Origin: Octopus bimaculoides
Taxonomy: Eukaryota
DNA length: 64,000 nt
Direction of reading: 5' to 3'
Assembly: GCF_001194135.2 (NCBI RefSeq)
Contig: NC_068990.1
Span: forward strand, 27,976,348-28,040,347
Below, one piece after another: positions 13,987 through 27,685 of this stretch. The number at the start of each line of letters is the position of its first letter. Position 1 is the stretch's first letter. The translations under genes were made by a program, and so were the position numbers. Under the pieces are notes generated by a model. It was not told where the DNA came from, made no database searches, and saw nothing but the letters and a program-made list of their open reading frames with translations.

Positions 13987-15844
13987 TATGGTTGTGTATA
14001 AATACGTTTATATATCCATGTATGTATATGTATAACCACACAAACACATACATACATACATACATACATACATACAAAACGGACGATTATAAATGAAACT
14101 ACAACTCACGTTTTAATATTTATACACCCCACCACATTGTATAGAACGATTGGCAGAGAAGCAACCCAGCTCAGGGTAAATTATTTTAACAGGAATTCTT
14201 GCAGTGAAGCCGAACATGCACGTAGTGGTTTGCATCGACCTTCCCATTCGTTCGCAAAGGATGCACTCTTTCTAGCAATAGCGTAAACTGGTGTCATCTT
14301 ATCTTACCATACATTAATCACAGTTTAATCGCGATTTGCTTCAAGACAATCAGCTTGAATCTCCTGGAAACTATATTTTTTTGGTCACAAGTATGTGAAG
14401 TATATTCGTACGTAAGTATACGCTTGTATTTATATATATATATATATATATNNNNNNNNNNNNNNNNNNNNNNNNNNNNNNNNNNNNNNNNNNNNNNNNN
14501 NNNNNNNNNNNNNNNNNNNNNNNNNNNNNNNNNNNNNNNNNNNNNNNNNNNNNNNNNNNNNNNNNNNNNNNNNNNNNNNNNNNNNNNNNNNNNNNNNNNN
14601 NNNNNNNNNNNNNNNNNNNNNNNNNNNNNNNNNNNNNNNNNNNNNNNNNNNNNNNNNNNNNNNNNNNNNNNNNNNNNNNNNNNNNNNNNNNNNNNNNNNN
14701 NNNNNNNNNNNNNNNNNNNNNNNNNNNNNNNNNNNNNNNNNNNNNNNNNNNNNNNNNNNNNNNNNNNNNNNNNNNNNNNNNNNNNNNNNNNNNNNNNNNN
14801 NNNNNNNNNNNNNNNNNNNNNNNNNNNNNNNNNNNNNNNNNNNNNNNNNNNNNNNNNNNNNNNNNNNNNNNNNNNNNNNNNNNNNNNNNNNNNNNNNNNN
14901 NNNNNNNNNNNNNNNNNNNNNNNNNNNNNNNNNNNNNNNNNNNNNNNNNNNNNNNNNNNNNNNNNNNNNNNNNNNNNNNNNNNNNNNNNNNNNNNNNNNN
15001 NNNNNNNNNNNNNNNNNNNNNNNNNNNNNNNNNNNNNNNNATATATATATATATATATACATATATACGCGTACCTACACAGACACATATACATACATGC
15101 ATTCGTACGTAATCACATATATACGTAAGTCCGTACACACTTATAGATAGGGAAGCACATCAGCTTCAGGCTAAACAACTTGCAATATTCAACAAGTTGG
15201 TGAAAGAGAGAAGTACCTCCATGATGACTCCTTCCTTTTAAACTATCTGTCCAATCATATCGGCTTCAGTCAAAAGCACTTGAACGCTAGAGATGCAATA
15301 ATGCATCAGAAACGTAACGGCATTCTTCCCTTGATCTATCGATTAAGATTTTTCCTGAGTACTGGCGTGATATAAGAAGTATCAATCGATTTCTAAACCT
15401 CGATACTTACTTTTAACACCACCGCCACTACCACCACCGTTGCATTCACCACCACTCCTGTCAACCATCTTGTCGGAGATTTCTACATGTACAAACCAAG
15501 ACGAAATTTTGACAGAGACAGCACCAATAGTATCTACACGACTGCCAAGTAATACAGAGATATGAAGACAACATTTATTAATAACATCGTAAAATAATTG
15601 TTTCAGTTAAACAGAGATGATTTGAATGATATATTAGTATATTACTGGTATTTCTGTTTTAGAGACCTGGGCAATCACAAAACAAATCGAACGTTCTTGA
15701 TGCAGAATTTCATTATAAGGAGATGGAAATAATTCCTGCATAGTACTTGACCCATGACCACTGAAGCTATACAGCTATAGTTTTCACTAACAGTATGTGT
15801 AATTAATCAAAAATAATGATATGGCTTCACTAATTTAAATGTTT

Positions 15845-15970
<126 letters not shown>

Positions 15971-16009
15971 CTACTTTTCAAGCAAACATAAGTTTTAAAC
16001 AATGCGATA

Positions 16010-16135
16010 TATTCAAATAATCTTTTCTACTATAAGCACATTGCCTGTGTTTTGGAGGAGGGGTAAGTCGATTAAATCGACACCAGTACGTAACTGGTAC
16101 TTATTTCATCAATCCCAAAAGAATGAAAGGCAAGA
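16010..16135 (-). mobile_element. Family A SINE 3' fragment
   Basis: 'tattcaaataatcttttctact...gtcgattaaatcgacaccagtacgtaactggtactta' is the reverse complement of the family A tail. Confidence 0.65.
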
Positions 16136-16139
16136 TATA

Positions 16140-16680
16140 TTCAAATAATGATATAATTACTGTTTCGTTCCATCACCTTCTGCCATCCTGTGAGCAGATC
16201 CATTATTCCCCGTTCAAAAAATGTCCTGCTATTACTGGCGAAAAACTATTCCGTTTAGATTTCTGCATCTTTTTCGTATTCAAAGATATCTCCATTCAAT
16301 GAATTTTGAAGAGACCGAAGAAATTAGAAATTTGAGGCACATGTCGTGCCTTCAAAAACTTCTCATACGAGCAAAACTTCCCATAAAAGATCCACTAACT
16401 TCTGTCGTCTGCTTCTGGAAAGAAATGTGAGATCTGGCAATATCAGGATGAAAGACAATGACTTTACGATTAGAAACTTTACGACGCTTCAGGTGGATCG
16501 CTGCATTTAATATGTCCAACTGATCACAGTTCACAACCGAATTCATGGTCCTGTCCACGGACAACACCTTTTGAAATTGAAAGCATAACTCACTCCGGAT
16601 GAAGTTGCTTGTAGTGGTTCACTGCGTTTACTCCCATCACTGTTCGTGTTTCACGTTGTTACACGAGATCAATTGTGCAA
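16140..16680 (-). mobile_element. mariner transposase 3' relic (catalytic domain)
   Basis: TMNSVVNCDQLDILNAAIHLKR..NRKVIVFHPDIARSH (cf. VFHHDNARPH) and FLRSLQNSLNG...FFAS..TFFERGIMDLLTGWQKVMERNSNYI; stops and frameshifts present. Confidence 0.8.
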
Positions 16681-17041
16681 GGGACCAATATAATGTTCGA
16701 CCAACATAATGTTCGACCAACATAATGTTCGACCAACATAACGGCATCATCAGTAACATTGATAGCACAATCTGAAAACATCAAAATATCAATGCTGTGT
16801 GTGGATATTTTATGTCAAATCACTCCCTCTTGCTGAATCTCACACAAACCCAAAGAAGTATGTTCTCAAATACACACAGAAGAACAGGCACACACGTAGT
16901 GGCATATATGCATACATATATACATATGCATATATATATATATATATANNNNNNNNNNGATTGCTATTTAAAATTAATACTACCTGTGTGGCATGGATCG
17001 AATAGACACACATATATATACATAGAATTATACGCACAAAC

Positions 17042-17097
<56 letters not shown>

Positions 17098-17519
17098 GAA
17101 TGTGTGTGAGTATGTGTATGTGTGTGCGCATACGTGCGTTTGTGTGTGTTTGTGTGTGTATGTGTGTCATATGCCTACAGTGACTGCATCCAGTTGGCAT
17201 TTCTTTATCAAATTAAAAGCCTACATTCACTTTGATGAGTCAACGATTCAAACGTTTCTGCATTTATTTGATCGAGAAAGAGCGAAAAAATCGTAATTGA
17301 ATCTTACTTCAAGAGTTTTGATAATTATCTGTAGAAGAAAGATGCAGAAGTCAGTTAAAACGCATTTCACTCAACATTTCCTTCATTATTATATACTCGG
17401 GGTTAAATGAATAATAAATTTTGTTGTAAAATAATGCTGATATTTTAAAATTCACACCTTCCACCTGCGCGTGTGTAATGCGTTATCTTCATATACACAT
17501 ATATATACATACACATACA

Positions 17520-17592
<73 letters not shown>

Positions 17593-18717
17593 TAGATACA
17601 GAATTTAGTGACAACATAAGAAACTACATTTAGTTAGTGAGTGAAATAATGTCAATAATACACAAATAATTATAAATACTATAAATATTATATATATCAC
17701 CAACACCACATATTTCAGCTATAGCCAGTAGGTTTACCAATCTCGAATATTGAATGAACATATTAACACAAGCATTAATATCTAACAAATGACAGTTTGG
17801 CACACAACTAAATGTATGAATATATTTTACTCGTTTATTCCATTGAACCGCGGCCATGAAAATGTTTGTAACATCAAGTATCAGAACACAGGACCTGGCA
17901 ACAGTCTTCAATCTCCTTAGTTTCAAAGATTTGGACAACATCGACTCAAATATCGAGGCCGACTTCGTACAAGCACACTAGCCAAATGCTGCTCCCTCTA
18001 ATGCAAAACCTTACCTCTCATTGTGGTTTTGCGGTACGGACTAATGTAGGCTTTGCCGTCCATTTAAGAAAACATGTAGTAAACGATTCACAAGCACTCG
18101 AGCAAGCTGAGCCCTCACGTTGCCAAAAGGTTGGCAAGGCACCAGCAGGCCTCAAGAGACAGATGCGTATCTATAAAACATGATTATCGCTTTACTTTAC
18201 CGAACTCTGGTTTGTCGTTCACGACGAGAGAATTCATCGCGCCCACGTGTGTGTGTGTGTGTGTATGTGTATGAATGTAGATGCAGCTTTCACACATTTT
18301 CGAGCAACAAGATTTACTCACAAAGTAATGATAGCCCTTGTGTTACAGTAGATGACATTTGCTCAATTGTCCCCGCAATGGGACTGAACCGAAAGCCACG
18401 TTATTGCCAAGCGAGCTTCGTAACCACACCGCCAAACCTGCACTGTTTAGCTACGTGAAACAACATTCTCCTTTTAAACGTGTTAGACGTGCGGCGATGA
18501 TAGTCATCCTTTACCTTTATAAATTCCTGTTGTCAGTCGTTGATGTCTCAAATGACTATAGCAACCGCATAGTTTCTAAAACTTTTATATCAGTCGACTC
18601 ATATTTAATCATTGTTATATGTTGATGTGATTTATTTATGTACAGATATGAGCTTCATATAGACTTCTTTCTCAATGATAAATTGTCTCTCCATTTCGTA
18701 AGTTTTGTTTATTAATG

Positions 18718-18754
<37 letters not shown>

Positions 18755-18996
18755 GCAGAGAAATTTAAACACAGGATGTAGGTTTGATTAATGTCACTTG
18801 GTTTAACAGAATAAACTTATTGATAGAAAAGCACCTGGAATCATGACAAAGGGTATGAATTGGTGCTTGATTGATGAACATCATCGGCAGTGTTTTAGTA
18901 TATAAACGTTTACAAATTCTAAGAAACACATCAGCGATATTTAATAGATTTCTTTTACTTAAATAATTTATTACAAGGCAATGCAACCAAGCTTAC

Positions 18997-19147
18997 TTGG
19001 ATACTCAATCTGCTGGATACAACATTAAATCTTCCTGAAATAAAATCTAGCTGTGTGAAGGAGTTCGTAGCAGGGGTATTCACATGAAAGACGAAGTAAA
19101 ACGCGTTAACAAAAACTTTTAGAATTCCCAGAAAAATCACTATATAC
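18997..19147 (-). CDS. Candidate 151-nt internal exon of unknown gene
   Basis: cctttacag|G...CAA|gtaagc with an open frame YIVIFLGILKVFVNAFYFVFHVNTPATNSFTQLDFISGRFNVVSSRLSIQ; no homology recognised. Confidence 0.2.
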
Positions 19148-19899
19148 CTGTAAAGGTATGTTGAAATGATTAGTTATTTATGTTGGGATAATTTCTTCAA
19201 TACCTACACTATTCGGAAGATGTAAAAAATATTTGTCTCATCCATTTTTGTTATGTGCGCGACACCAAGCAAATTGTGACCAGAAACATTGTTGTCCAGT
19301 AAACTCATTAACATGTTTTCGAAAGTTTAAGGTCAATGCAAATAATCACCATCAGGCATTTTACGCTGGTTTTGAAAAATTGAGAGGAATTAGCAATTAA
19401 GATTTTTTGGTGAATAGAGTTAATTTGTAAGATGTCATCTACGTCACTCTTTTTGAATCGCCTTCAAATGAAGCAGATTATATTCCGGGTTTTAAAAAAA
19501 TATCAATTTAAATTTGTTTCATTATTCAACATGAATCAATAACATTCAAGAGGTACGACTTCGACATTTCATAACTTATGTCTCTGATTGACACATATTT
19601 CCCGTGAAAAATGGCCCTAGAATTAACGTAGTTATACATAATGAACTGCTACCAAAATGGCTTTAGAAACGGTAGGAGTTGTTGATGAAAAGTCACTATG
19701 ACTGTGGTCGATAAACAGCTATTAAAAACATTTTGACAAACCGTCATTTCTCAAGCGTGTTTGAATAATTTCATTGAAATGCATCGATAAAGGAATGCTT
19801 ACGTTGCATTGTTCTTATGCCAGACGGCATTCTCAGAGTTGCAATTATTTCAAAGATGCCGTCCCAGTCCCCCACTAGCAGTAAAGTGCGAGACGTACC

Positions 19900-21030
19900 A
19901 GATAGGCTTTAAGGCGCCTTAAGAAAACCGGTCGTTTGGCCCCGGTAGGACGTAGACAGCCACCAGTCTATTGCTCACGTCCAGGACCACCAACTTATTG
20001 TTCGGGTCCGGGAAGATCGACCTTGCCTTGAGATTCAGGATTTCCTAAACAACACTACCACCCCACTTCCTATTCCCGTTCGACTGACAGATACAAAGAT
20101 CTGATAGTCGTCTAATTGACCCTAACCAATTTGAATCAATCAAAAGCCTTCGGTTAAGTCTACCACCAATACAGCGTTCTCGCAGTGGCTTCTTTTGTTC
20201 CCCTTAGCCGTGACTAGATTGCCACACGTGCGAAGACGTTCTCGACAGGAGACTGGGCATCGATGAGTATCAACTGGCTGATATATTCCGGTGGATATTC
20301 GGACTGAGGCCCATGGATAATTTCGAGTAATCCTTGACCTGCCTGTGTTACTAAGGCGTATTACTGGTTCTGGATAAACAATACAGGTATGGAAGTGCCA
20401 TTAGCCGGGCTTACTCGAGATGCGCAAAGAGAGACGAAGCTATTCTGCACGTTCTCTTCCCATGCTCAAGCATTGCTGACTTGTACATTTATATCGAACA
20501 CTTGCTCTCATGTGTAGAGGGCATTCAGCTATCAGCTAAGTCTTCCGTGAAGGTCGCTTCGCCTCCTTTCTTTGGTTGCAAAGGGAAAGCAGTATTTTTT
20601 CTCTGGCAGCCTAAGCGAAAGAGTTTTTATCATGGGTAGGTTGAAAGAGTTGAAGACAGGGACGTTCTTATTTGGCCAAACCCTAATCAACTTTCTAAAG
20701 GTTCACTTGAAAAGGAGAGAGGACAGAAATATAAGCGCTTTCGCCTAGTAATTTTGTGGAAACGTAGGTAGATGTGGAGAAATAGTCCGAGTGAGTGGAC
20801 CTACTCTAAGCTTGAGCCTGTAAATTGAAAGAAAACTATGTGAAGCATATCTCTAGGTCAATACCGGACTAGTCCTCCCAGGCAGTTTTTGTCACCTCTA
20901 TCGGGACGATATCTGATCCTTGCTCGATTACACATCCCAGAAGCCATCACATATCAAGTCCTGGTGGGGTACTGGGAACGCGGACACGTGCTGTTCTTTT
21001 TCCCACGTGCGAGAGGTACTTTATGAACTT
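19900..21030 (+). mobile_element. Tx1/L1-clade LINE, 3' end of ORF2 plus 3' UTR, decayed
   Basis: DVLDRRLGIDEYQLADIFRWIFGLRPMDNFE*SLTCLCY*GVLLVLDKQYRYGSAISRAYSRCAKRDEAILHVLFPC (zf-RVT-like C..C...H...C), then RLKELKTGTFLFGQTLINFLKVHLKRR; stop at 20821-20823. Confidence 0.8.
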
Positions 21031-21900
21031 GTTGGTTTTTCAAGATGCCATTAAGTGCAACATAGTGAGGGCTTCTGACTTAAAAAACACTGAAATAATG
21101 CCGTGTTTTCTGTCCCTCGCTATGTACTCGGTATCATCTCTGATACGATACATCTCAGTGCAACTTCAATATATTCTTGTGCTATTAAAGCCGCTGTTTC
21201 GTCTCTGCTGAGATGCATCTGAAATGTACCGTCTTTCTCTCCACTTCTTCGATGTCTTCCGCCGGGACCCTTAGGTTGGCCGAGCTTTCTCGTAATTGAT
21301 GAGTTTCCAGGCTTGGGCTAACTTTTCATCTTTGTTTAAGAGGTCTCGACCGAATTGTGGTCTCATTTTGGCTGCTGCCGCTGCGAAATGGTTCTTGGTG
21401 TTATTGTTGATAATATTGGTATCGTTGTTGTTGTTCTTGCTGCTGTTGCTGCTACTGTTGCTGCTGCTGCTGTGGTTGTCATTGTGTTGGTTTGTGTTGT
21501 AGGAGTTGTTGACACCTTAGCTATCGTTTTTGTTGTTGTTGCTATCGCTGCTGCTGCTGCCGTTGCTATCTCTCGTACTGTTGATTTTGCTACCACTACT
21601 ACTATCGCTGTTTCTGGCACTGGTGGTAGCGGTAGTAGAGATGGTAGTGGTTTCACCTGTGTTGTTGGTGTCGGTATTTTATTTTTGTTTCTGTTTCTGC
21701 GGTGATACAGAAGTGGAAGAGGCAAGGGGAATTCATTTTCATACGTTCTACGTTCGCTATTGTTGTTGTTGTTGTCGATGTTTTTGCTGCAGCAGTCGCT
21801 GTCTTGTTGAACTTGGCTGTTCTGTCTTGCGGATAACCCGCTGCTCTTTTCAGCAGACGGACGGTTTTCGTTCGCCATCTTTGATCTTAGCGAAAAATGT
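21030..21900 (-). mobile_element. Probable LINE ORF1 5' fragment (low-complexity N-terminus)
   Basis: ORF MANENRPSAEK... with Thr/Ala-rich tract, continuing through frameshifts into NLRVPAEDIEEVERK and DDTEYIARDRKHGIISVFFKSE; no splice signals; adjoins the Tx1 piece. Confidence 0.45.
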
Positions 21901-22448
21901 TAGGAATGTTGTAACCCCAAAGAAATTTACAATATATAACAATATGAATAATAGCAAAACTTACGTAGCGACGTGCGACACGTGTCGATAGACGATCAGC
22001 AACAACAACAACAAAAATAATAATGATGATGATGATGATGATGATGTTTTCATTTATTTTCCACAATACAAATAAACAGGCATAAATTGTTCGGTTTCAC
22101 GTATAATGAAATGGTAAAATATATAAATAAAAAAAAATAAGAGAGTAAGTATAGACGGTGTGCCGGGAAAAGTAAGGGAAATATACAGATTATACAAAAT
22201 GAAAAAAAAGAAAACAAGTGTGGGGGAGGTGATAAGACCCCACCCCAAAAAATAAATAAATAAATAAACTGCTCTACTGTGGACAGCCAGAAATTTCAGA
22301 TTGGTACTTAGGTCTTAAATATCGTGGAATTTCAGCCCTTCGGACTCCAAAATTATTTCTCTTTCAAACTGACCGTAATTGGAATCAAATTCTTCGACAA
22401 ACAGTGACAGGAAAGATTTTGTGTTGATTATATACAATGGACGAATAC

Positions 22449-22838
22449 GAGAAGGTCAGAGTTTTGCCAGCGAGTGTAAGTCGATTACATCGAGACCTTC
22501 TTCAGCTGATACTCATTTTATCGATCCACAAAAGAATGAAAAGCAAAGTCGACCTCAGCAGAATTTGAACCCAGAACGTAAGACAGATTGAATGCCGCTA
22601 AACATTTCCCCGGGGGGGGGGCTAACGATTCTTTCTGCTGGAGGTACAAGGCCTCAAATATTGAGGGAGGGGATTGTCGTTTACATCGACCCCAGTTTCT
22701 CACTGGTACTTAATTTATCGACCTTTAAAGGAAGAGAAGCAAAGGTGACCTCGGCGGAATTTGAACTCAAAACGTAGCGGCAGACGAAATGCGGCTTAGC
22801 ATTTCGCCTGGCGAGCTAACGATTCTGCCAGCTCACCG
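22449..22838 (-). mobile_element. Head-to-tail pair of family A SINEs
   Basis: Two 'aaagtcgacctc(a/g)gc(a/g)gaatttgaac' B-box blocks at about 22545-22575 and 22740-22770. Confidence 0.85.
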
Positions 22839-25689
22839 ATTTAGTTCCATCCAGAATATTATAAATACTACAAATTAAATTGGCGGACGAGGTGTAGTTT
22901 GATCTGAGAGCGTAAAGTGATGTAACTAAATATTGTACATGCCACCGAATACGAAACTAATATTTTCAGTTAATGTAGTTATAAGATACAATAACTATAA
23001 GCGTACAGTTATAAGATACTGTAATGGTTATGTCTTTCTCAAGAACATATGATTGATAATGAAGTGTGCTTGTATTTCTGAAAATCGAAACCAGTTCATG
23101 CTTTCTATTGGCCAAATGTTAGGCCACTTAGCATAAAATCAATATTACCACTAAAATCTTAAGCGTGTTACTTTACACCAGAAGAATTTATTTCTTGTCA
23201 GCTAAAATCTCTGTGAATATTTCTGTCATTCTTTGGAAATTTTTAAAGTTCGAAACAGCATCGTAGTACCTAACATGAATAAAAAAAATTCCCTTATCGA
23301 AATTTAACAATCTGTTTGCATGTCACTTTTGCTGCGCTTAGATGTGGTTTAGCTACTGTCAGGTAGCTGTTTAGAAATCTGAATCTAACTGACAATATAT
23401 AAGGCTTCGGAGTGGGAAAATGAGAAAATGAATGCTTACAGTTTTTATATGTAACAATAAATTTCTGTTTAAATACTCATACTACACAGCAAGGTTAATC
23501 CTCAGCTTTGCATTGTTGCTTTCAGTTGTAATAATGTGAGAGGTTTCAGAAACAGAAGATACAACAGCTGTCTCATCGACGGCCGCTCATTTTGGACTAT
23601 AAAATCTCTTGCTTCTATATAACACCTTCAACTTCAGCCGCTACTCTCGTTGCTGTGTGATTTGGTCTTTTACAGATGATGGCAAATGTCAAATTTGTCA
23701 ATAGCGATAAATAAGTATAAGCTGCGGTACATCTTGAGAAGTCAGCACAGAGATCAACAAAACGAACTTAAATCCATATAACGGCGGCTTAAGAACGCTT
23801 GTAGTAAAGACTATAACTGTCGCTGACTTTTAGCACCTTTCTTTGCAGAACTATAAAACACTCAAGACTTTTGAAGAAAGTTTTCTAACCAACACAAAGA
23901 TAAATACAAATACAAAACAAAGGCATTGAAATCTCTCTAAAATATTTGTTATTGTTGCTATTTAATAGAAAACATTCTTTCACTACAGTTTGTTAGATTC
24001 GAAACATACGGACTTTTATGCTTTCTAGCAAGTCAGCTGCTGTTAGGCGTTGCAGTGATGGGCACTGGACTTCAGGCTTTTCATTTATGCGTCAAAAGTT
24101 CATACTCTGGTTGTTGTTCAGCTTCGTTTTTACTGTAAAAATATTTACTATTAAAGTACACCAAGCTGCAAAAAAAAAAAGACTGTATAAGCAATGTTGT
24201 GGGCGCTAACAGTTAGATAAACTAATTGTTCCGTTAGCCCGGACGAAAACGTGAAAATGCTCCTTTGAATAATAACTGTAAAAGTTTTATTCTCGATCTT
24301 TGTAAAGTAATGAATGATTGGAAACAAAAAGGTTATTCCGAGTAATGATAGAAAAAAAGTGTGATTTATTAATTCAAAAAACGCACAACAAATTAATCTT
24401 TAGTGCTTATTTGTTGTGAAGTCGCATGACCTCGTTGTTCGAAGGGATGCACTAACGATTCTCGAACTGGGAGCTATATTCTGGAGAAAGGTATTTCATG
24501 TCACTCCAGTTCACTTAACTGTAAATCCTTAATTATGGGATGGACTGGCATCTCCTCCAGGGGGTTGTTGTGATTTCTGCCACACATACGCCTTAGAAAC
24601 CGGGCCACTGACCCTTTGAAACCTAGGATTTGAGACAGTATTTACCAATCAGTTTCATGAATGTCTTCTGTTTCTCATGGTACGTAATGCTATACCGCTT
24701 TTTTAAATCATCAATAGTGATTAGATAGGAATCATCCAGGCGTTCTTAGGAAAAACTCTGCGAAATATATTGATACTTATAAAGGGTTGCTGAAAGTCCC
24801 TGGCTTTAAAACTATGGTGAGAGACAAGGCTAGAGGCCCAACTTTCCGAGTTCTTTTACAGGGCTTACAAAAATTGAAGGACCGCTGCAGTGAGGGTGTG
24901 AATTTAAGGGGATTATATTGAATTTCTTTTATCCAAAGCCAGGATCTTTTAAGCATCCCCTCGTATTAAGAATAGATTATATTCCCTATTATTTTTTAAA
25001 GTTGTAACCTGTTTTCAACGATGGTCGGTGATTTTTAAATCAGAGTTCAAATACTTCAACTTGACATCCTACGAATTCTAAATTAGCACTTCTTTTCCTC
25101 ATGTAGTTTTGAAATCGAGTAAATATTTACATATATCTGTATTCAAATCTGTAGAATAAATACTGACAGAGGATAAAAATATCGTTGATTTTGGATGTAA
25201 AGATTTCTTTCAAAAATTGGTTGTAATTATTTTATAAGTAAGAGGAAATAGCAATAAATCGGATTTCGAACTGGATCGCAAATTTATTATTCAACAGCTT
25301 TCGTGTATATTTTATAAGTCTGTTTTCTCAAAAGTCTTCATGTTCAGATGATAGACTTGTGTGATCACAATCAAATATGGTTTCCGTAAAACTGCTCCGT
25401 CGCGCTTTCGGTTTATAACTTTTTTATGTTCGTTTTTAGTGTTTACAAATATTTCATGTTAGGTCCACATCATAAACCGAAGATCTTATAATTGTCTCAT
25501 TTCTCATTGTTCAATAACTTAGGGTTATAGCGATTGGTTGGAGGAGATAAATAGTACTGCTTGGAACTATTTAAAACACGTGTAATATTCCAAACATTGG
25601 AGTAGCGAATGTCGAGTTTCACAATAGATTCCAGCCATTGCAAGTTCGCATGACTTAGAACTAATTACTCTGTCGAATTCTGGACCACA

Positions 25690-25830
25690 TAGGGCCGCAT
25701 ACTCAGTTTCCGTAGTCACAACATCTTCCGCGAACGAGTCTCTAGTCCCTCCATTTACACATGAGTGGAATGGAGCAACGTAAAACGAAGCGCTTTGCTC
25801 AATAACACAACACACTGCCTAATTCGGAAA
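25690..25830 (-). mobile_element. Family C SINE fragment
   Basis: 'gagtggaatggagcaacgtaaaacgaagcgctttgctcaataacacaac'. Confidence 0.55.
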
Positions 25831-26141
25831 GAGGATATACATGAAAAACAACTGAAACACGACGAAAACTGCTTCTCTAAAATACACTTCATAAAATTTC
25901 TGCTTCATGAAGGTTGGCCTGGGGGTGGGAAACAAATACAACATCCTTGTATTTCGAGTGATTTAAGAATTTTATTCAATTCGTAATGCATTAAGCACAA
26001 GGCAGACATCTTGTTCGTAAACAACATTATGCTACAAACTTTTAGGTGGGTCCACACACTACGAATTCGCATTTCAGAGAAAGTGGTATTCCACTTCACA
26101 ATTGATAACAGACGGTTTTTTAAAAACATTTCATAAACATT

Positions 26142-26575
26142 ATAGGCGCACGTACCTCTGTGTTGTAAGAATTTTGGTTCCCAACCACGTGGTTCTGGGT
26201 TCATTCCCATTGTGTAGCACTTTGGGCAAGTGTCTTCTTCAATAGCCTCGATCCGACCAAAGCTTTGTGAGTGGATTTGGTACACAGAAACTGAAAGAAG
26301 CCCGTCCTATGTGTGTGTGTGTGTGTGTGTATGTGTGTGTGTATGTGGTTTTATGTCTATATTTGTCCGCTGCCACCGCTTGACAACCGGTGCTGCTGTG
26401 TTTACATCCCCGTAGCTTGACGGTTCAGTAAAAGAGGCCAATAGAATCAGTACCAGGCATGAAATAAACAATTATAATAAATGTTGGAGTCGTTTCAATC
26501 GACTAATGTTTCTGCAAGGCAATGCCGCAGCGTGGCCGCGGCCAGATGACTGAAACTAATAAAATATAAGATTAA
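26142..26575 (+). mobile_element. tRNA-derived SINE (family B) with internal (GT)n
   Basis: Head 'gggttcattccc...ttgggcaagtgtcttct', body 'gaaactgaaagaagcccgtc', microsatellite, tail 'gatgactgaaactaataaaa'. Confidence 0.85.
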
Positions 26576-26679
26576 GAATATTAGTTTCTATGTCGTTTCT
26601 AGGTCGTCGAAGTCACTATTGACATCGTCACTAAAATTTACTAAAATCACCACCACCACCGCAACCAGCAGCACTAACA

Positions 26680-26685
26680 CCATCG

Positions 26686-26725
<40 letters not shown>

Positions 26726-26790
26726 AATCATTATCATCATCATCATCATCATCAAGATCATCATCATCATCATCGTCATCATCATCCTAC
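26680..26790. repeat. (ATC)n microsatellite
   Basis: Directly visible. Confidence 0.95.
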
Positions 26791-27309
26791 TCATCAACAT
26801 CTTGGTTACCGTCCTCATAATAATCTTCACACAAACTTTTCCTGACTTCTTCACAATTTCTCAATATTTTCTTCATCTGTATTTTGCAAAAAGAGATTCC
26901 ATGATTCTATGTTTTTTTTTTTTTGTTTCTTTTTTCTCTTTGGATTACAATGTTCTTCGTTTTAATTTTTTTTCCCTTTGGTTTTTGTTTCGTAAATTCA
27001 TTTATTTTCATTTATTTCATTATGCATTTAATCACTGAAGTGACATATCCTGTTTTCCAAGAATTCATTAATTCTAGCAAATTATAACTCTCCGAATTTC
27101 AAGACAAAATATTAGTTCTACTCAATTCTGAAATGGCACAAAAAAGTATTTTTCCGCTCGCACATTTTGAAATCATTATTTTCTTCTTGAAAAACTTTAG
27201 CGCTCTTAAAGTGCTAACTGCAATTGCATTACAACCTAGCATTGAATTAACTTTCTAAATCTTTGCTAAATTCCAATTTTTCTGATTGAAACAAAAATAA
27301 ATTGTTAGA

Positions 27310-27685
27310 CGCAGGCGTGACTTTAGGTGCCCGTGTAGATATGTGGCAAGAAGTTTGCTTCCCACACCCATGGTTCCGGGTTCAGTCCCACTACGTTGCA
27401 ACTTAAGTAAGTGATTTCTACTCCAGCCTCAGACCGACTAGATAGATACATAGATAGATAGATAGATGTGTGTGAGTGTATCAGCGCTCGTGTGTGTGTT
27501 TTTGTGTGTTGTGTTTTGTCCACGTAACTTAGCGGTTCGGTGGAAAATCCCAATAAGAAGAATAAGTACCAGGCTTTAAAACAATAAGTACTGGGACCAA
27601 TTCATTCGACCAAGAATTCTTCAAGTCGGTGCTTCAACATGGGCGCAAGTTAATGACTGAAACAAGTAAAAGATAAAAGATGAAG
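27310..27685 (+). mobile_element. Family B SINE with internal (GATA)n/(GT)n
   Basis: 'ggttccgggttcagtcccactacgt' head; tail 'taatgactgaaacaagtaaaagataaaaga'. Confidence 0.85.
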
